A stretch of DNA of 64,000 nt from a virus (taxonomy: Duplodnaviria; Caudoviricetes), in IMG/VR virus record IMGVR_UViG_3300047539_000052, positions 4,310-68,309 of that record; one strand, written 5' to 3'. Below the pieces are notes generated by a model that was given only the letters and a program-made list of their open reading frames with translations, did not search any database and was not told where the DNA came from. The translations under genes and the position numbers were made by a program. Below, one piece after another: positions 1 to 10,650 of the stretch; position 1 is the stretch's first letter, and every line of letters starts with the position of its first letter.

Positions 1-47
1 GCTGGGTTGAGTTGGGAGTTTTTTCCCTCTCGAAAGGATTCTTCCCC

Positions 48-1025
48 ATGAAGAAATTCCGGAAGCTATTCGCCATTTCCCTGTTTGCGCTGCTTTGTGC
101 GCTGCTTTATGCAGTCGGAGCCTCGGCGCAGATTATCGGAAGCGAAGGACATCTGCAGCAAACCGCAGGCATGCCCTGGCAGTTAGGCGGAGATTGGAAG
201 TTCAATTCTTCCTCGACGGCCACGCCGGGTTTTGACGTCCGCGGACTCAGCTATTACCGCCTGACCTGGGTTCCAGTGGGCACGGTCAGCGCCTGCACGC
301 TCTCGATTGATTCGGCGACCAGCGTCGTAGCCGGCACCGGTGCCCTCTCTTCTCCATCCATCGGCGGCATTTTGAGCGCGGCGACCATTGGCTCCTGCGC
401 CACGGCGGGATCGTATGTCACGTCAACGACTGCAGGAATTTCGGCTTACGGGCAGATCACGCCGACCATTACCGGAACCGGTTCGGTCATCGTTGTGTTG
501 TACGGCTATACCGATAGCAAGGCGGCGGGAGCGGGAAGCTCAGTCACAGTTACCTCGCCGGTCGATGGCAGCAATTACGTCGAAGTGAACTGCAAAACGG
601 GATGCAGTGCGGGAAACGCCAATGGTCAAGCGACAATGGCGAACTCCTCTCCGTTTGTCATGGCCAGCGATCAATCAGCGATTCCGGTGACCGGCACTTT
701 CTACCAGGCCACGCAGCCGGTCAGTATCGCGACGGCACCGACTACTCCCACTCAGCCATCCGGATTTAGTTCGTCACCGCTTTCCGGCCAAGTAGCCGCC
801 ACAGCCTCAGCGGTCGCATTAGCCTCCAATTCGACGCATCAAGTCTGCATTACCGCACTCTCGGCTAACACAATTCCCGTCTATGTGGGCGCAACCGGGA
901 TTACAACCTCAACCGGATTTCCCCTGAACGCGGGTGATTTCTACTGCTGGCAAGTGAATAACTCCAACCTTCTTTACCTGATCGCTTCGACTACCGGGGC
1001 ATCCATCGCATGGACGGCGCAATGA
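48..1025 (+). CDS. Ser/Thr/Gly-rich hypothetical protein with N-terminal signal peptide
   Basis: ATG at 48 in ORF 12..1025; MKKFRKLFAISLFALLCALLYAVGASA-Q fits a Sec signal; ATGA overlap with next gene. Confidence 0.7.
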   Translation: MKKFRKLFAISLFALLCALLYAVGASAQIIGSEGHLQQTAGMPWQLGGDWKFNSSSTATPGFDVRGLSYYRLTWVPVGTVSACTLSIDSATSVVAGTGALSSPSIGGILSAATIGSCATAGSYVTSTTAGISAYGQITPTITGTGSVIVVLYGYTDSKAAGAGSSVTVTSPVDGSNYVEVNCKTGCSAGNANGQATMANSSPFVMASDQSAIPVTGTFYQATQPVSIATAPTTPTQPSGFSSSPLSGQVAATASAVALASNSTHQVCITALSANTIPVYVGATGITTSTGFPLNAGDFYCWQVNNSNLLYLIASTTGASIAWTAQ

Positions 1026-2689
1026 AAAAACTGTCGGCGGTTCTCGCTCTCCTATTCGTGAGCGTCTGCGGCCATGCCCAAATCTCGGGCTCATCCAGCC
1101 GACCGCTGACGGTGCAGAATAATGGCACATCTGCGGGTACGGTGACCGGCCAGCGGGTGCTGAATTTTGTATCAGGCTGCACGGCGACATTGACCAGCGG
1201 AGTTTTCAATATTACCTGCAGCTCGGGCGGAGTGACGGTCAACGGGGGATCCAATATTGCCGTTCCAAACTTCCAGAATGGCACTGGCGGAAACATCATC
1301 AACTTCGTGGCCGCCGGTTCGAACATCCAGGCGAGCATTCCGACCGATACCGTTACCAATTCGATGCTGCAGAATAACGGCACAACGGTAGGCGGGGCAA
1401 ACTGCGTATTGGGAGCAAGCTGCACGCCAACCCTCGACGCCATCGGTTCGCCGCAGACCAACACTAACGTTTCTTTTACCGCATCAGCGGGGTACGGCTA
1501 TACCTTCCTGGGCACGGCTCCGGCTTCTACTTCTTCCGGGACGGGCACAGCACCTGGAACTTTATTCAACGCCATGGCGCCGACTGGAGGAGCAACAACG
1601 GGATCAGCCACAACGGCGGGAGCAGGCGGAAATATTTCCTACACGGCGGGCGCAGGCGGATCAGGATCGGGCGGCACAAACGCCAGCGGCGGAGCAGGCG
1701 GAAGTATCAATCTTATCCCCGGAGTAGGCGGAGCGAAGTCTGGCTCTGGAACGGCGGGCGTGAATGGGCAGGTAAATATCGGTCTGGCAGGCACGATCGG
1801 CGGCATCCTGGGCTTTGCCGGGCTGACCAGCGGCACCGCGACTTGCACGGCGCCGGCAGTGGCAGGAACGGCGACAAACGCTGTCGTGTGTAGCAACGGC
1901 TTCAATGTGCCGCAAAACAGCGGGACAGCGGTCAACGGCGGCTCAACTCCGTACTATGCCTTTACGGGAGATACAAAAACTGGCATGGGAGCAGTGGGCA
2001 CCTCAACGTCAGAGGCTGGCCTTTATTCGAACGGAAATCTGATTGCCTATTTCGGCGCCCTCGCCACTGGAATGACGCTCTACAGTACCAGTCCCATTCG
2101 CTGGTCCGATTTCTCCACGTTCAATGACACCTATCTCTGCCGCGCCAGTGCTAGCGTCTTCGAAGTGGGCACGACTTCCTGCAACGCCTTGGGCACGCTG
2201 AACACTGGAGTCATCAACACAGGGACTTCGGTAGCAGCCGGCGGCTTTACAGCGGTCAGCATTGGCACGCCGACGCAGATTTACAATACCGCGACGACTT
2301 CCTCCTCGGCCTCGATCTCGGCAACTACGATGATTGCCAATGGAGCGGCGGACCGGAATTATCGCTTCAATGCCTATGTCGGCCAACTGGCGGCGGGAGC
2401 CACCTGCTCCGTCGCAGGTTCCATAGCCATCAACATCGTTTACACCGATCCCATCACTGGAACCGCCTATACCTATGTCGTGCCCGTTCTCCTGAGCGGC
2501 GGTACCGCAATGGGCGCGAACGTTCCGCTCTCCACTTCTACGCCGACGGTTGCGAACGTAGGCAACGCGACGATCCAATTCCGCGCGAAGGCGTCCACCA
2601 ATGTGCAGTTCTCGACGACCTACGCGCAGGGTACGTGTAGCTCTGGATCACCCACTTACAGCATTTACCCGGATTTGGAGGCGCTTTGA
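1022..2689 (+). CDS. Gly/Thr-rich fibre/adhesin-like protein with signal peptide
   Basis: ATG 1022; MKKLSAVLALLFVSVCGHA-Q; glycine-rich GGAGG-type repeats. Confidence 0.65.
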   Translation: MKKLSAVLALLFVSVCGHAQISGSSSRPLTVQNNGTSAGTVTGQRVLNFVSGCTATLTSGVFNITCSSGGVTVNGGSNIAVPNFQNGTGGNIINFVAAGSNIQASIPTDTVTNSMLQNNGTTVGGANCVLGASCTPTLDAIGSPQTNTNVSFTASAGYGYTFLGTAPASTSSGTGTAPGTLFNAMAPTGGATTGSATTAGAGGNISYTAGAGGSGSGGTNASGGAGGSINLIPGVGGAKSGSGTAGVNGQVNIGLAGTIGGILGFAGLTSGTATCTAPAVAGTATNAVVCSNGFNVPQNSGTAVNGGSTPYYAFTGDTKTGMGAVGTSTSEAGLYSNGNLIAYFGALATGMTLYSTSPIRWSDFSTFNDTYLCRASASVFEVGTTSCNALGTLNTGVINTGTSVAAGGFTAVSIGTPTQIYNTATTSSSASISATTMIANGAADRNYRFNAYVGQLAAGATCSVAGSIAINIVYTDPITGTAYTYVVPVLLSGGTAMGANVPLSTSTPTVANVGNATIQFRAKASTNVQFSTTYAQGTCSSGSPTYSIYPDLEAL

Positions 2690-2708
2690 TGGGCCGGATT
2701 CGACGAAT

Positions 2709-3287
2709 GTGGGGGCTAGTGTCTATGACGGTGACTCAATCACGGTAGGTTCATTCGCCACTCCCTATCCTGATTTCCTGAGCGTGTTCGCGGGAGGATG
2801 GAAATCCTACAACGTCGCAGCGCCCGGACGCACGACGGCACAGATTCTATCGGGGTTTTCGTCCAGCGTTGCACCCTTGGCGAGTTCCGGCCTCAACATC
2901 TATACCGTCCTCGGTGGAACAAATGACTGTTTGCAAAGCGTATCGGCATCAACGGCATGGAGCAATCTAGCCAGCATCGCAGCGGCTGCACACAGCGCAG
3001 GGTTCAAGGCTATCGTGATGACCCTGCCGAGCCTAAATGGCTATAACACTTGTCGCGATGCGCTGAACACACTGATCTATGCGAACTGGTCCGGAACCTT
3101 TGACGGGCTTGCGGATATCGCAGGGAACGCCAATCTGGGAGCGGATGGGGCGTACAGCAATGCAACGTATTTCAACGCCGATGGCATTCATCCCACAACC
3201 TATTCCGAGCAAACCATTATGGCCCCGCTCGAACAGACGCAGATCAATGCGCTGGTTTCTGCACACTACGGCGGAGCTGGGCACTAA
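2709..3287 (+). CDS. SGNH/GDSL hydrolase (esterase) domain
   Basis: Blocks DGDSIT, LGGTND, DGIHP; only a GTG at 2709 precedes the catalytic block, so it may be a frameshifted C-terminal domain of 1022..2689. Confidence 0.75.
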   Translation: MGASVYDGDSITVGSFATPYPDFLSVFAGGWKSYNVAAPGRTTAQILSGFSSSVAPLASSGLNIYTVLGGTNDCLQSVSASTAWSNLASIAAAAHSAGFKAIVMTLPSLNGYNTCRDALNTLIYANWSGTFDGLADIAGNANLGADGAYSNATYFNADGIHPTTYSEQTIMAPLEQTQINALVSAHYGGAGH

Positions 3288-3304
3288 GGAAGGAATTTCC
3301 CTCG

Positions 3305-3601
3305 ATGACCTACATCCGTATGACCGATGGCCGGGATAAAGGCCAGATCAAAGATGTTCCCTTTGTCACGGCAATGGAATTGATTAAGTTCGCGAAAGCG
3401 TTGCCCATCGACTTTAACGGGCCGAATCCGCTGGCGGTGCGCGAAGTACCAAAGGCCGCAAGCGTCTGTTGCCTACTGTTGCCCCTGTGCGTCTGTACCT
3501 GTGGGAAATGTCGATCTACGCGCGGCGGCTCCGAGAATATGTCGCGCCTGAATCAAGTGACTCGCGCCGCGCCTCCGGTCGTCCGCAAAAAGTCCCGGTA
3601 A
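3305..3601 (+). CDS. small hypothetical protein
   Basis: ATG 3305 after AGGA-rich upstream sequence; 3' half may be frameshifted. Confidence 0.4.
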   Translation: MTYIRMTDGRDKGQIKDVPFVTAMELIKFAKALPIDFNGPNPLAVREVPKAASVCCLLLPLCVCTCGKCRSTRGGSENMSRLNQVTRAAPPVVRKKSR

Positions 3602-3778
3602 TGCTTTTGTGGTTCCAAAACAACTTGAACTCTTTCCGGTCATGGAAAAATCCTCTTCCAATCCGCCGCGGAAGCAGTGCGAATTGCCTGCCGATTCCTC
3701 ATTTCCATCGCTCGCGGAAGTGATCTGTCCCATGACCGACGATGAGCTGCTCGCCGATTTTGAGAAGAAGTTCCCGCT

Positions 3779-5025
3779 ATGAATTCCCTGGTCCGCACCA
3801 ACACGATCGCGGCAACGGAAGAGCCGGTCACGCTCGCAGCCATGAAAAATTGGCTGAAAGTTCCGGCCTCAGTGGTCAATGACGATGCGGACATTACCGA
3901 CCTGATCTCGGAAGCACGCATGCAGGCGGAACTGCTCTCGAACTGCGCTCTGGTGCGATCGACCTTCGTGCAATATCTGGATCACTTTCCGGCATGGGGC
4001 GGACGGGAATTCGACTACTACGGGTCGAATCCGGGCGGAGGCTCAGGCAGCGGAGGCTACGGCGGGATCGGTTATGACCGGCATCAGAAATGGCATGGCG
4101 AAATCACGGTTAAACGTCCGCCATTGGTTTCAGTCAAGGGCATCGTCTTTATCGGCACAGATGGCAGGCCCTATACCCTCAATCCGGGCCAGGACTTCGT
4201 TGTCGACATCGCAAGCAAGCCGGGCCGAATTCGTCCGGTTCCCTACACCATCTGGCCTTTAACGCTTCACGTTCCGGCGGCAATCGCTATTTCTTTCACG
4301 GCAGGCTATGCGCCGAACTCCGACAGCGTCTCCGGAGCCACAACCGCGGAGCCGGAAACGGAAACCGAATCGATCAATCCCAGTTGGCAGCCCAGCATCG
4401 CAACCAAACAATACAGCTACCTGATCGACCCGAATTCGAATGTCGAAGTGCAGATGAATGCGGGAACGCCTTCTACCGCCTCGGGAGACAATCCGCCGGC
4501 ATGGCCAACCGCAATCGGGGGAACGGTATCAGATGGCGGCTGTCTCTGGCAGAACTGTGGACCGATCCGCGGCTTCTGGGCGCCCGGCGTGCCCTACGCG
4601 GGCAAAATGCCTACGTCATCAACGATTTCAATTCGAACCTGCAATTGCTCAACGTGGCCTCGCTGATCAGCCAAAATATCGTTCCCTACTCCTCGCAGGT
4701 AGTCGGCATGGAGCCTTTACCCTGGTCGCAGACCGTGGGCGGCCTGACCACGGATAACGGGCTCATGGGTGCGTGGAGGTGTTTGGGAGCCTACAACGCG
4801 CTGGGCGATACCGGACTGGCGCTGCCGAACTCCCCGGAACAGCAAGCCGCGGTCACCATTGATCTGACATTGCCGAAAACCGTGAATCGCTTTGTAAAAG
4901 CCCTGGTCACGCACTGGTATTACAACCGCGAGCCCGTCGTAGGCGGATCGGTCAATAAAGTTCCCCAGCATCTTGAAGAAATGCTCGGCGAAGTCACCAT
5001 CTACGATTACTGCCCGACACCGTAA
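3779..5025 (+). CDS. head-tail connector (HK97 gp6-like) with a large internal insert; one frameshift near 4605
   Basis: N-term EPVTLAAMKNWLKV..DDADITDLISEAR and C-term LVTHWYYNREPV..VPQHLEEML lie in two frames (3779..4666, 4384..5025) joined by a 1-nt indel. Confidence 0.75.
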
Positions 5026-5086
5026 AGAAGTTCCGAAAAGTTTGCCAAAAGTTTCACCCAAACCATAAATCCAGGAGAAATCACTC

Positions 5087-5461
5087 ATGTCTCAGACCGT
5101 GCTTACCCCGATTACGCTGAAAGAAAACAATTACGCCGTCACCGCCGGCGACCTTAACATCACCCTCACCGCGATGGACGCCTCCAATGGCAATTCCTTT
5201 GCTGCCACCGGACAGGAAATTCTGCTGTTCGCGAATACCGACACAGCCACGCACACGGTCACCATCACCTCCACGGGAGATACGATCGGCCGCACCGATT
5301 CCTCGCTCACAAGCTATACCGTTCCCGTCGCGAGCGGCGGCACTAGCGGTATTTCCGCCGTTCAAATGAAACTTCTCACGGGCTGGATTCAGGCTGGAAG
5401 CGTGGTGTACTTGGCTACCAGTTCTGCGCTGGTGAAAGTGGCCGTCCTCCGCTACCAGTAG
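5087..5461 (+). CDS. hypothetical protein (probable virion component)
   Basis: RBS CAGGAG; position within head-tail cluster. Confidence 0.6.
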   Translation: MSQTVLTPITLKENNYAVTAGDLNITLTAMDASNGNSFAATGQEILLFANTDTATHTVTITSTGDTIGRTDSSLTSYTVPVASGGTSGISAVQMKLLTGWIQAGSVVYLATSSALVKVAVLRYQ

Positions 5462-5581
5462 GCGGCTTGCAGTAAACGTGTCTCGGCTCTCCGGGGCGGC
5501 GGGATGGCGGCTAACCGGCCGTTGGCATCCTAGCCGCCGGGAGCCGCGGCGCGGACATTCCAGCGAATCGACGTAACCCAA

Positions 5582-5944
5582 ATGGTCCTTCGCAGGCTCA
5601 GTTCGGCGCGCCGGACGATTGGCGGAATGTCGCGCCAGGTCACGCTCTACACCCTGGGTTCGCGGGCTGCGGATGGGGGAAACATCCCACCCAGCCCGTG
5701 GATTACCTCCTGGGCGGATATTCGCTCACTCAAGGGCGAAGAACTCGACAAGGCGGACCAGATCGCGCAGGCCGTCGAACTGATTGTCACCATTCCTTAC
5801 CAGACCGGAGTTGAACTCAATATGCAGGTCAGCTTCGAGCAGGAAATGTGGCAGATCAACTACATCGAGGATGAAGACCGGCGGCACGTCTTTCTGGATC
5901 TCTATTGCGCTGAAATTGGCCAGAACGCAGGGGAAAACTCATGA
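5582..5944 (+). CDS. head-closure / head-tail adaptor (SPP1 gp16-like)
   Basis: WADIRSLKGEE..IVTIPY...NMQV....WQINYI pattern; size and position. Confidence 0.75.
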   Translation: MVLRRLSSARRTIGGMSRQVTLYTLGSRAADGGNIPPSPWITSWADIRSLKGEELDKADQIAQAVELIVTIPYQTGVELNMQVSFEQEMWQINYIEDEDRRHVFLDLYCAEIGQNAGENS

Positions 5945-6360
5945 GAGCTTGGCACAGTTCCTTGTCCACGAAGCCAGCCGCTACTTCTGCTTCTGGCATC
6001 ATCGGCTCTCAGCAGTGGAATGATATTCAGCCGGTGGGCTATGTGACGTCAAACTATTCCGCGAGTGGAACCGTTCCCACAACGGTTGACCTCATCCGAG
6101 CGATCGGCGGAAGTGGCGGCATCGCGTTGCTACTCACTCCTAAACTCAGTTCGATAAGCGGGGCCAGCGGGACGTTCTATGTCGGCCAAGTCTATAAGGC
6201 AATCAAAGCCGATGCCGCCGCCGGAGCCGTGAACTTCGCTGATCTGAATGGCGCACTCATTGGTGGCGCCTCTTCCTATTCGCTTACCCAGCAGGGACAG
6301 TGGGCCGAGTTTTCCTGGAATGGTACTTCTTGGGACGCATTTGGAGGACAGGCCGCTTGA
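5941..6360 (+). CDS. hypothetical protein
   Basis: ATGA overlap with upstream gene, 139 aa. Confidence 0.55.
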   Translation: MRAWHSSLSTKPAATSASGIIGSQQWNDIQPVGYVTSNYSASGTVPTTVDLIRAIGGSGGIALLLTPKLSSISGASGTFYVGQVYKAIKADAAAGAVNFADLNGALIGGASSYSLTQQGQWAEFSWNGTSWDAFGGQAA

Positions 6361-6481
6361 GAATGTCCACGCTTCAACTCATCCGAGCCGGACTCGTCTG
6401 CCAGAAGAGGCGAATGCGCTATTTTCGGAAGACTGCAATGGCCGCCGCGAGACAAAGACACAGAGGATAGCACACACCCAA

Positions 6482-8093
6482 ATGAAACCCACATTCATCG
6501 CATCGGTCGCGTTCATATTGGCGTTGGCATTCTCTGCGTCTTTGTGTCTCGGCGGAGCGGCTTTCGGACAGACTCCGGGCCTCGCGACACGGATTGCGCA
6601 TGGCTCAACGCTTCCCTCGGGTGCGGAGCAATTCAGCGAGTTCGAACTGACGTCCGGGACGCCGACTCTTTATATCTGCAATGCGAATCCCTGCACCAAT
6701 TCCGGGCAGTGGGTGACCTCGACCGGAAGCGCCGGCTACGTCAATGTGGCGCTCTCGAATTTGTCCGGCGTGGCCATCAATACGGCGCTCTACTCCGCAA
6801 CCGGCGTGAACATGACCATCTCGGGATTTCCCGGAACTAGCGGGAATTCGCCGACCAGCAGCTATGTTCTTGGCGGAAATGCCTATACGAGCACCTCGCA
6901 GACCCCGGGATCGATTTATGTCCAACCCGGCTCAACTTCCGCGGTCGGCGCTACTCCAGGCAATATCAACCTGATCGGACAGGCGGGATACGGGACTACG
7001 GGCTCCGGCTCGAATATCTACGTGCAAGCGGGCGCCGGCGGATCCACTTCGCCGCGAGCCGCCGGGTTAATCAGTTTCGGCGGCGGCGGCGCCTCGGCCG
7101 TCAGTTCCGAAAGCTCTCCACTCACCGGCAGTTATGTGCCGTCGCTTTATGTCAACGCGGGCGCGAGCACCTTTGGCGGGGAAGTGGATTTCGTGAATGT
7201 GGGCAGTTCGAACGGCGTGATCCGGGTGACCGGGATGCCCTTCGCATTTTATGCGGACAATACCTATGACTTCGATCTGGCCGCCTATCGTCCGAAGAAT
7301 GTTTACATCGGGACGGGCCTTTATCTGGGCTCGACAACGGTTGGATTCACCGGGATTACGAGTGCCATCTCGGGCAACCTGATGGCGGCTGGAACGGTGG
7401 CAGGATCTTCGATTCCACTCTGCACGGATGCCTTCGGGAGATTTGACGATTACGACCGTGAGCTGCCCGAGCTTTCCGACTACAGGCACGTTGACCAATG
7501 GCAATTATGTGAGTGCGAGCGGAACGGCGGCGGAGCAGGATTCCGGCGTGCTGGCCGGACCCTACACAACCCTTCCCTGGGAGACGGCGCCGAATTGCTC
7601 GGGCGGAAGTCTCGGCACCATTACAAGCGCAAACAAGAGCTACGTCTTCGGTATCACGCTCGAATTTCCACTCAGCACCTCGAAGATCTTTTACGACGTC
7701 ACCAACTCGGACAATACCGGCAACGAATACGATCTGGCAGTTTATCAGGGCGCGCCGAGCGGGACTGAAAACCGATTACTGCATACCGGATCGAGCGCCT
7801 CGACGGGACAGCCGGGAACCACCTTCGCGCCGGCGAATGGCTGGCAGCATTTGAACTGGTACGAGGGAACAACCGTACTCCAGCCGGGGCGCTATTACGT
7901 GATGTTCACCTCAAGCTGCACTTCGGGCGGAGCGTACTGCGCGGAGATTGCGTCGAACGCATCGAGCGAAATGTTTTACTGGCCAGGGAGCGGGGGAGTA
8001 AGTATTTCTTCCGGAGGCAATTCGCCCACAACGTACTCCAGTTCCGCCGATTCTCCGGGCTCGAACACCGTGCCCTGCCTGCTGGTGGAGTAA
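6482..8093 (+). CDS. Ser/Gly-rich fibre-like protein with signal peptide; one frameshift near 7433
   Basis: MKPTFIASVAFILALAFSASLCLGGAAFG-Q at 6482; CTDA|SGDLTIT restored by removing one base. Confidence 0.6.
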
Positions 8094-8097
8094 GCGG

Positions 8098-8592
8098 ATG
8101 ATCGAAAGCGGACTTTACACCTGGGCGATTACAAACGCTGCGATTCAGCCGTTGCTTGGACAAAGCGCTCAAGAAAAGACGGCCAAAACTTATAGCGCCT
8201 TTTATTTTTCGTTTCTGCCGAAAACACCGACCCTACCGGGAATTATTCTCGATCGCTTGAAGGGCATGGATGAAGTGGACTCGTTTGATCCGCGGACTGC
8301 ACAGCCGGGAGTCTTGCAGTGGGCGCGCTTCCAGTTCGGGGCGGTCGCGCAAGACAGTTCGGCGAATCCGGCGAATCCCTCCGGCTATCTGAGCGCGGCG
8401 CGGCTCTCGAAAGAATTGCGCTTGCAGATCATGGGACTCTGCACCGGGAATGCTGCACTTCCGGATGGCACGCTGATAAAAGACCTTCGCATCGATGACG
8501 AATACGATGCGCACTTTGAGGTGGGCGGCGAAGGTTACGTCTATCGAAGAATGCTGCTGTTTACCATCTGGTTTGAAGACCTTTCTTCCTAA
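8098..8592 (+). CDS. putative tail terminator/completion protein (DUF3168-like)
   Basis: MIESGLYTWAITNAAIQPLLG N-terminus, ~165 aa, immediately before tail tube genes. Confidence 0.55.
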   Translation: MIESGLYTWAITNAAIQPLLGQSAQEKTAKTYSAFYFSFLPKTPTLPGIILDRLKGMDEVDSFDPRTAQPGVLQWARFQFGAVAQDSSANPANPSGYLSAARLSKELRLQIMGLCTGNAALPDGTLIKDLRIDDEYDAHFEVGGEGYVYRRMLLFTIWFEDLSS

Positions 8593-8595
8593 ATC

Positions 8596-9072
8596 ATGGC
8601 CCCTCCTCTCACCGTTGGATACGCCGGCCGAGGCACATTGCTGGAATATTCGCTCGACAATGTAACGTTTACGGTTCTTGCACAACTGCAGCAGTTTGAA
8701 CCCTCGGGATCGAAGCAGACGATTATCGAGCAAACGAATCTTTCTTCGCCCGGCAACTTCGCGCAATTTCTTGCGGTGCAGATCGATGCGGGAGAAATCT
8801 CATTTTCGGGCGTGCTCAATCCCGAAGATCTGTCTTACCTGACCTTGCTGCAGCTTCACGGCAATATGACGCTCGTCTACTGGTGGGCTTCGCTGATTGA
8901 CGGCAGCAGTTTTTACTTTCAGGCATTTGTAAGCGAGATCGTGGCCTTCGTCGCCAAGTGGAATAAGGCTTATACGTTCAGCGGCAAGTTGCGCTTGACC
9001 GGCGGCATGACAAGTCCGCTCGGAACCTTCGACGCGGCCACGTTTGATCCGCTGGTCTTCGGCGCGTTTTAA
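8596..9072 (+). CDS. tail tube protein paralog 1 (lambda gpV/TP901-1-like)
   Basis: GRGTLLEY...TNLSSPG....IDAGEISFSG...DGSSFYFQAFV pattern. Confidence 0.65.
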   Translation: MAPPLTVGYAGRGTLLEYSLDNVTFTVLAQLQQFEPSGSKQTIIEQTNLSSPGNFAQFLAVQIDAGEISFSGVLNPEDLSYLTLLQLHGNMTLVYWWASLIDGSSFYFQAFVSEIVAFVAKWNKAYTFSGKLRLTGGMTSPLGTFDAATFDPLVFGAF

Positions 9073-9144
9073 CTCTCGCTTTTAGTTCCATCCGATTTTT
9101 TCTGTAGCACCCATCAATACAAAATACAAAAGGAGAAACACCCA

Positions 9145-9597
9145 ATGGCAAATCCAGTTGGATATCAGGGGCGCGGAACCACGATTGGCTTCAATCTCAC
9201 GCCTTTCACCGGCGCCTACACACTGCTTCCTCAACTCGAAAAATTCGAGAAGACGAACGCAAAAGTGGACTTCGATGACATCACCTGTCTCGACAGTCCG
9301 GGCGTGAACAAATTCCCCTTGCCGATCGTAGTCGATAACGGTAAGTGGAGCGGAGAAGGCGTCTACGATCCGCAGAACGCGGGCATCACCGCGCTTCAGG
9401 GCTACATGCAGGCGCTCACGCAGTTGGGCTTCAAGGTGACCTTGGTCGATGGATCGACATTCACCGGACTCTGCTATGTGGAAGAGTTCTCCGCAGCGAA
9501 GGTCGATCGCTACAAGGCCAACATGTTTGGCTTTGGCATTATGGTTTACGGAGTTGAGACCCTGACTCCACTTGGCGGCGGGGCAGTTTCCGAGTAG
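9145..9597 (+). CDS. tail tube protein paralog 2
   Basis: GRGTTIGF...TCLDSPG....VDNGKWSGEG...DGSTFTGLCYV; RBS AAGGAG. Confidence 0.7.
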   Translation: MANPVGYQGRGTTIGFNLTPFTGAYTLLPQLEKFEKTNAKVDFDDITCLDSPGVNKFPLPIVVDNGKWSGEGVYDPQNAGITALQGYMQALTQLGFKVTLVDGSTFTGLCYVEEFSAAKVDRYKANMFGFGIMVYGVETLTPLGGGAVSE

Positions 9598-9669
9598 TTT
9601 TCGGCGGTTGTCTTTGGGTGGGGCGGACCACAGATACAGGTCCGCCCATCTCCTGCTAAGATTCGTTCC

Positions 9670-9996
9670 ATGCGAACCTTTCTGCGAGCCTTTTTGTTCT
9701 CGTGCCTTTTTTATTTTCTTGCCATCGTGGTTCTCTTCAGACTTGGCGCATTTAGCCAAACGAAGCCGGAACAGCCTTCCTACGAACTCACCGAACTGCA
9801 GAAGGCTCACCTCGATGCAACTCGGCAGGAAGTCTTTCGCTGGCAGGACAAACTGAATGAAGCGCTGGGAAAATTCAGCGCACAATGTACGCAAGCGCAA
9901 AAAGAAAATAAATGGCCAAACGTGCAATGCAGTCTTGAAGATCTCAGCGTGAAGCCACAAACTACGCCTGAGCCCGCAGCAGCGCCCAAGAAGTGA
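9670..9996 (+). CDS. small coiled-coil protein with signal peptide/TM anchor
   Basis: Hydrophobic N-terminus ending GAFS-Q; helical remainder with two Cys. Confidence 0.55.
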   Translation: MRTFLRAFLFSCLFYFLAIVVLFRLGAFSQTKPEQPSYELTELQKAHLDATRQEVFRWQDKLNEALGKFSAQCTQAQKENKWPNVQCSLEDLSVKPQTTPEPAAAPKK

Positions 9997-10000
9997 CCCT

Positions 10001-10650
10001 ATGAATCAAGCTCTGATCGAAGCCATCACCGGCGAACCAGTCACGGTAAAGCTTGGCAAGCCGGGGAAGCAGAAAGAGTATCCGCTCGCTACCCCATGCA
10101 GGCGGTGATTCTCTACCAGAAGCAAACGGCGATACTCGATCGGGAGCGCGCCAAGAATCGCCCAGCCCTAACGACCGAAGAAAGACGGTCCAAGAAATCC
10201 CTCTGGCAGAAGCTGATGCTCGAAGCGGATCAAATGCGTCCGCCAAAAGGCGAGGCGTGGGACCAGGGAAAATTTCTCGAATTCGACACACTGCTCGACG
10301 AGGCCGCCGAACTCAAGATTACACTCGATGAAGATGCCGGACGGGGCGACAGTTTGTATGACCGCTACAACTGGCGAAAGATGTCGAGCGAGCGCGATCC
10401 CGAAAGACTCTTACTGGCGCTCTGGGTCGGACTGCATACCTTCACGGAGGAAAACGGGAAGCAGTTCTATAAAGAAGCAGTCACGCGGCACGAACTCGGT
10501 CGACTGGTCGATCTGCAAAACGCCGACGTGGTAACCGTTGCCATCGCCAAAGCCTTGCAAGGCCATCTGATCGCACCTCCGGAATTTGAAGCGTCCGAGA
10601 TGGAAGGTGCGGACCCAAACGCCCAGACGCCGGCAACTCCGGCGGCCTAA
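10001..10650 (+). CDS. tail assembly chaperone (gpG-like); probable 1-nt indel near 10090
   Basis: ATG 10001 MNQALIEAITGEPV joins the 10096..10650 frame as YPLAYPMQAV; ends shortly after a slippery site. Confidence 0.65.
10614..10620 (+). promoter_or_regulatory. programmed -1 ribosomal frameshift site C CCA AAC (gpG/gpGT)
   Basis: XXXYYYZ heptamer in the gpG zero frame (codons D-P-N); the -1 frame is open from 10614 to 11027. Confidence 0.8.

Noticed and set aside
5462-5581. GC-rich hairpins after 5087..5461 as riboswitch or terminator
   Set aside because: Stems such as GGCGGCTA/TAGCCGCC exist, but there is no U-tract or family motif and they are unremarkable at this GC content.
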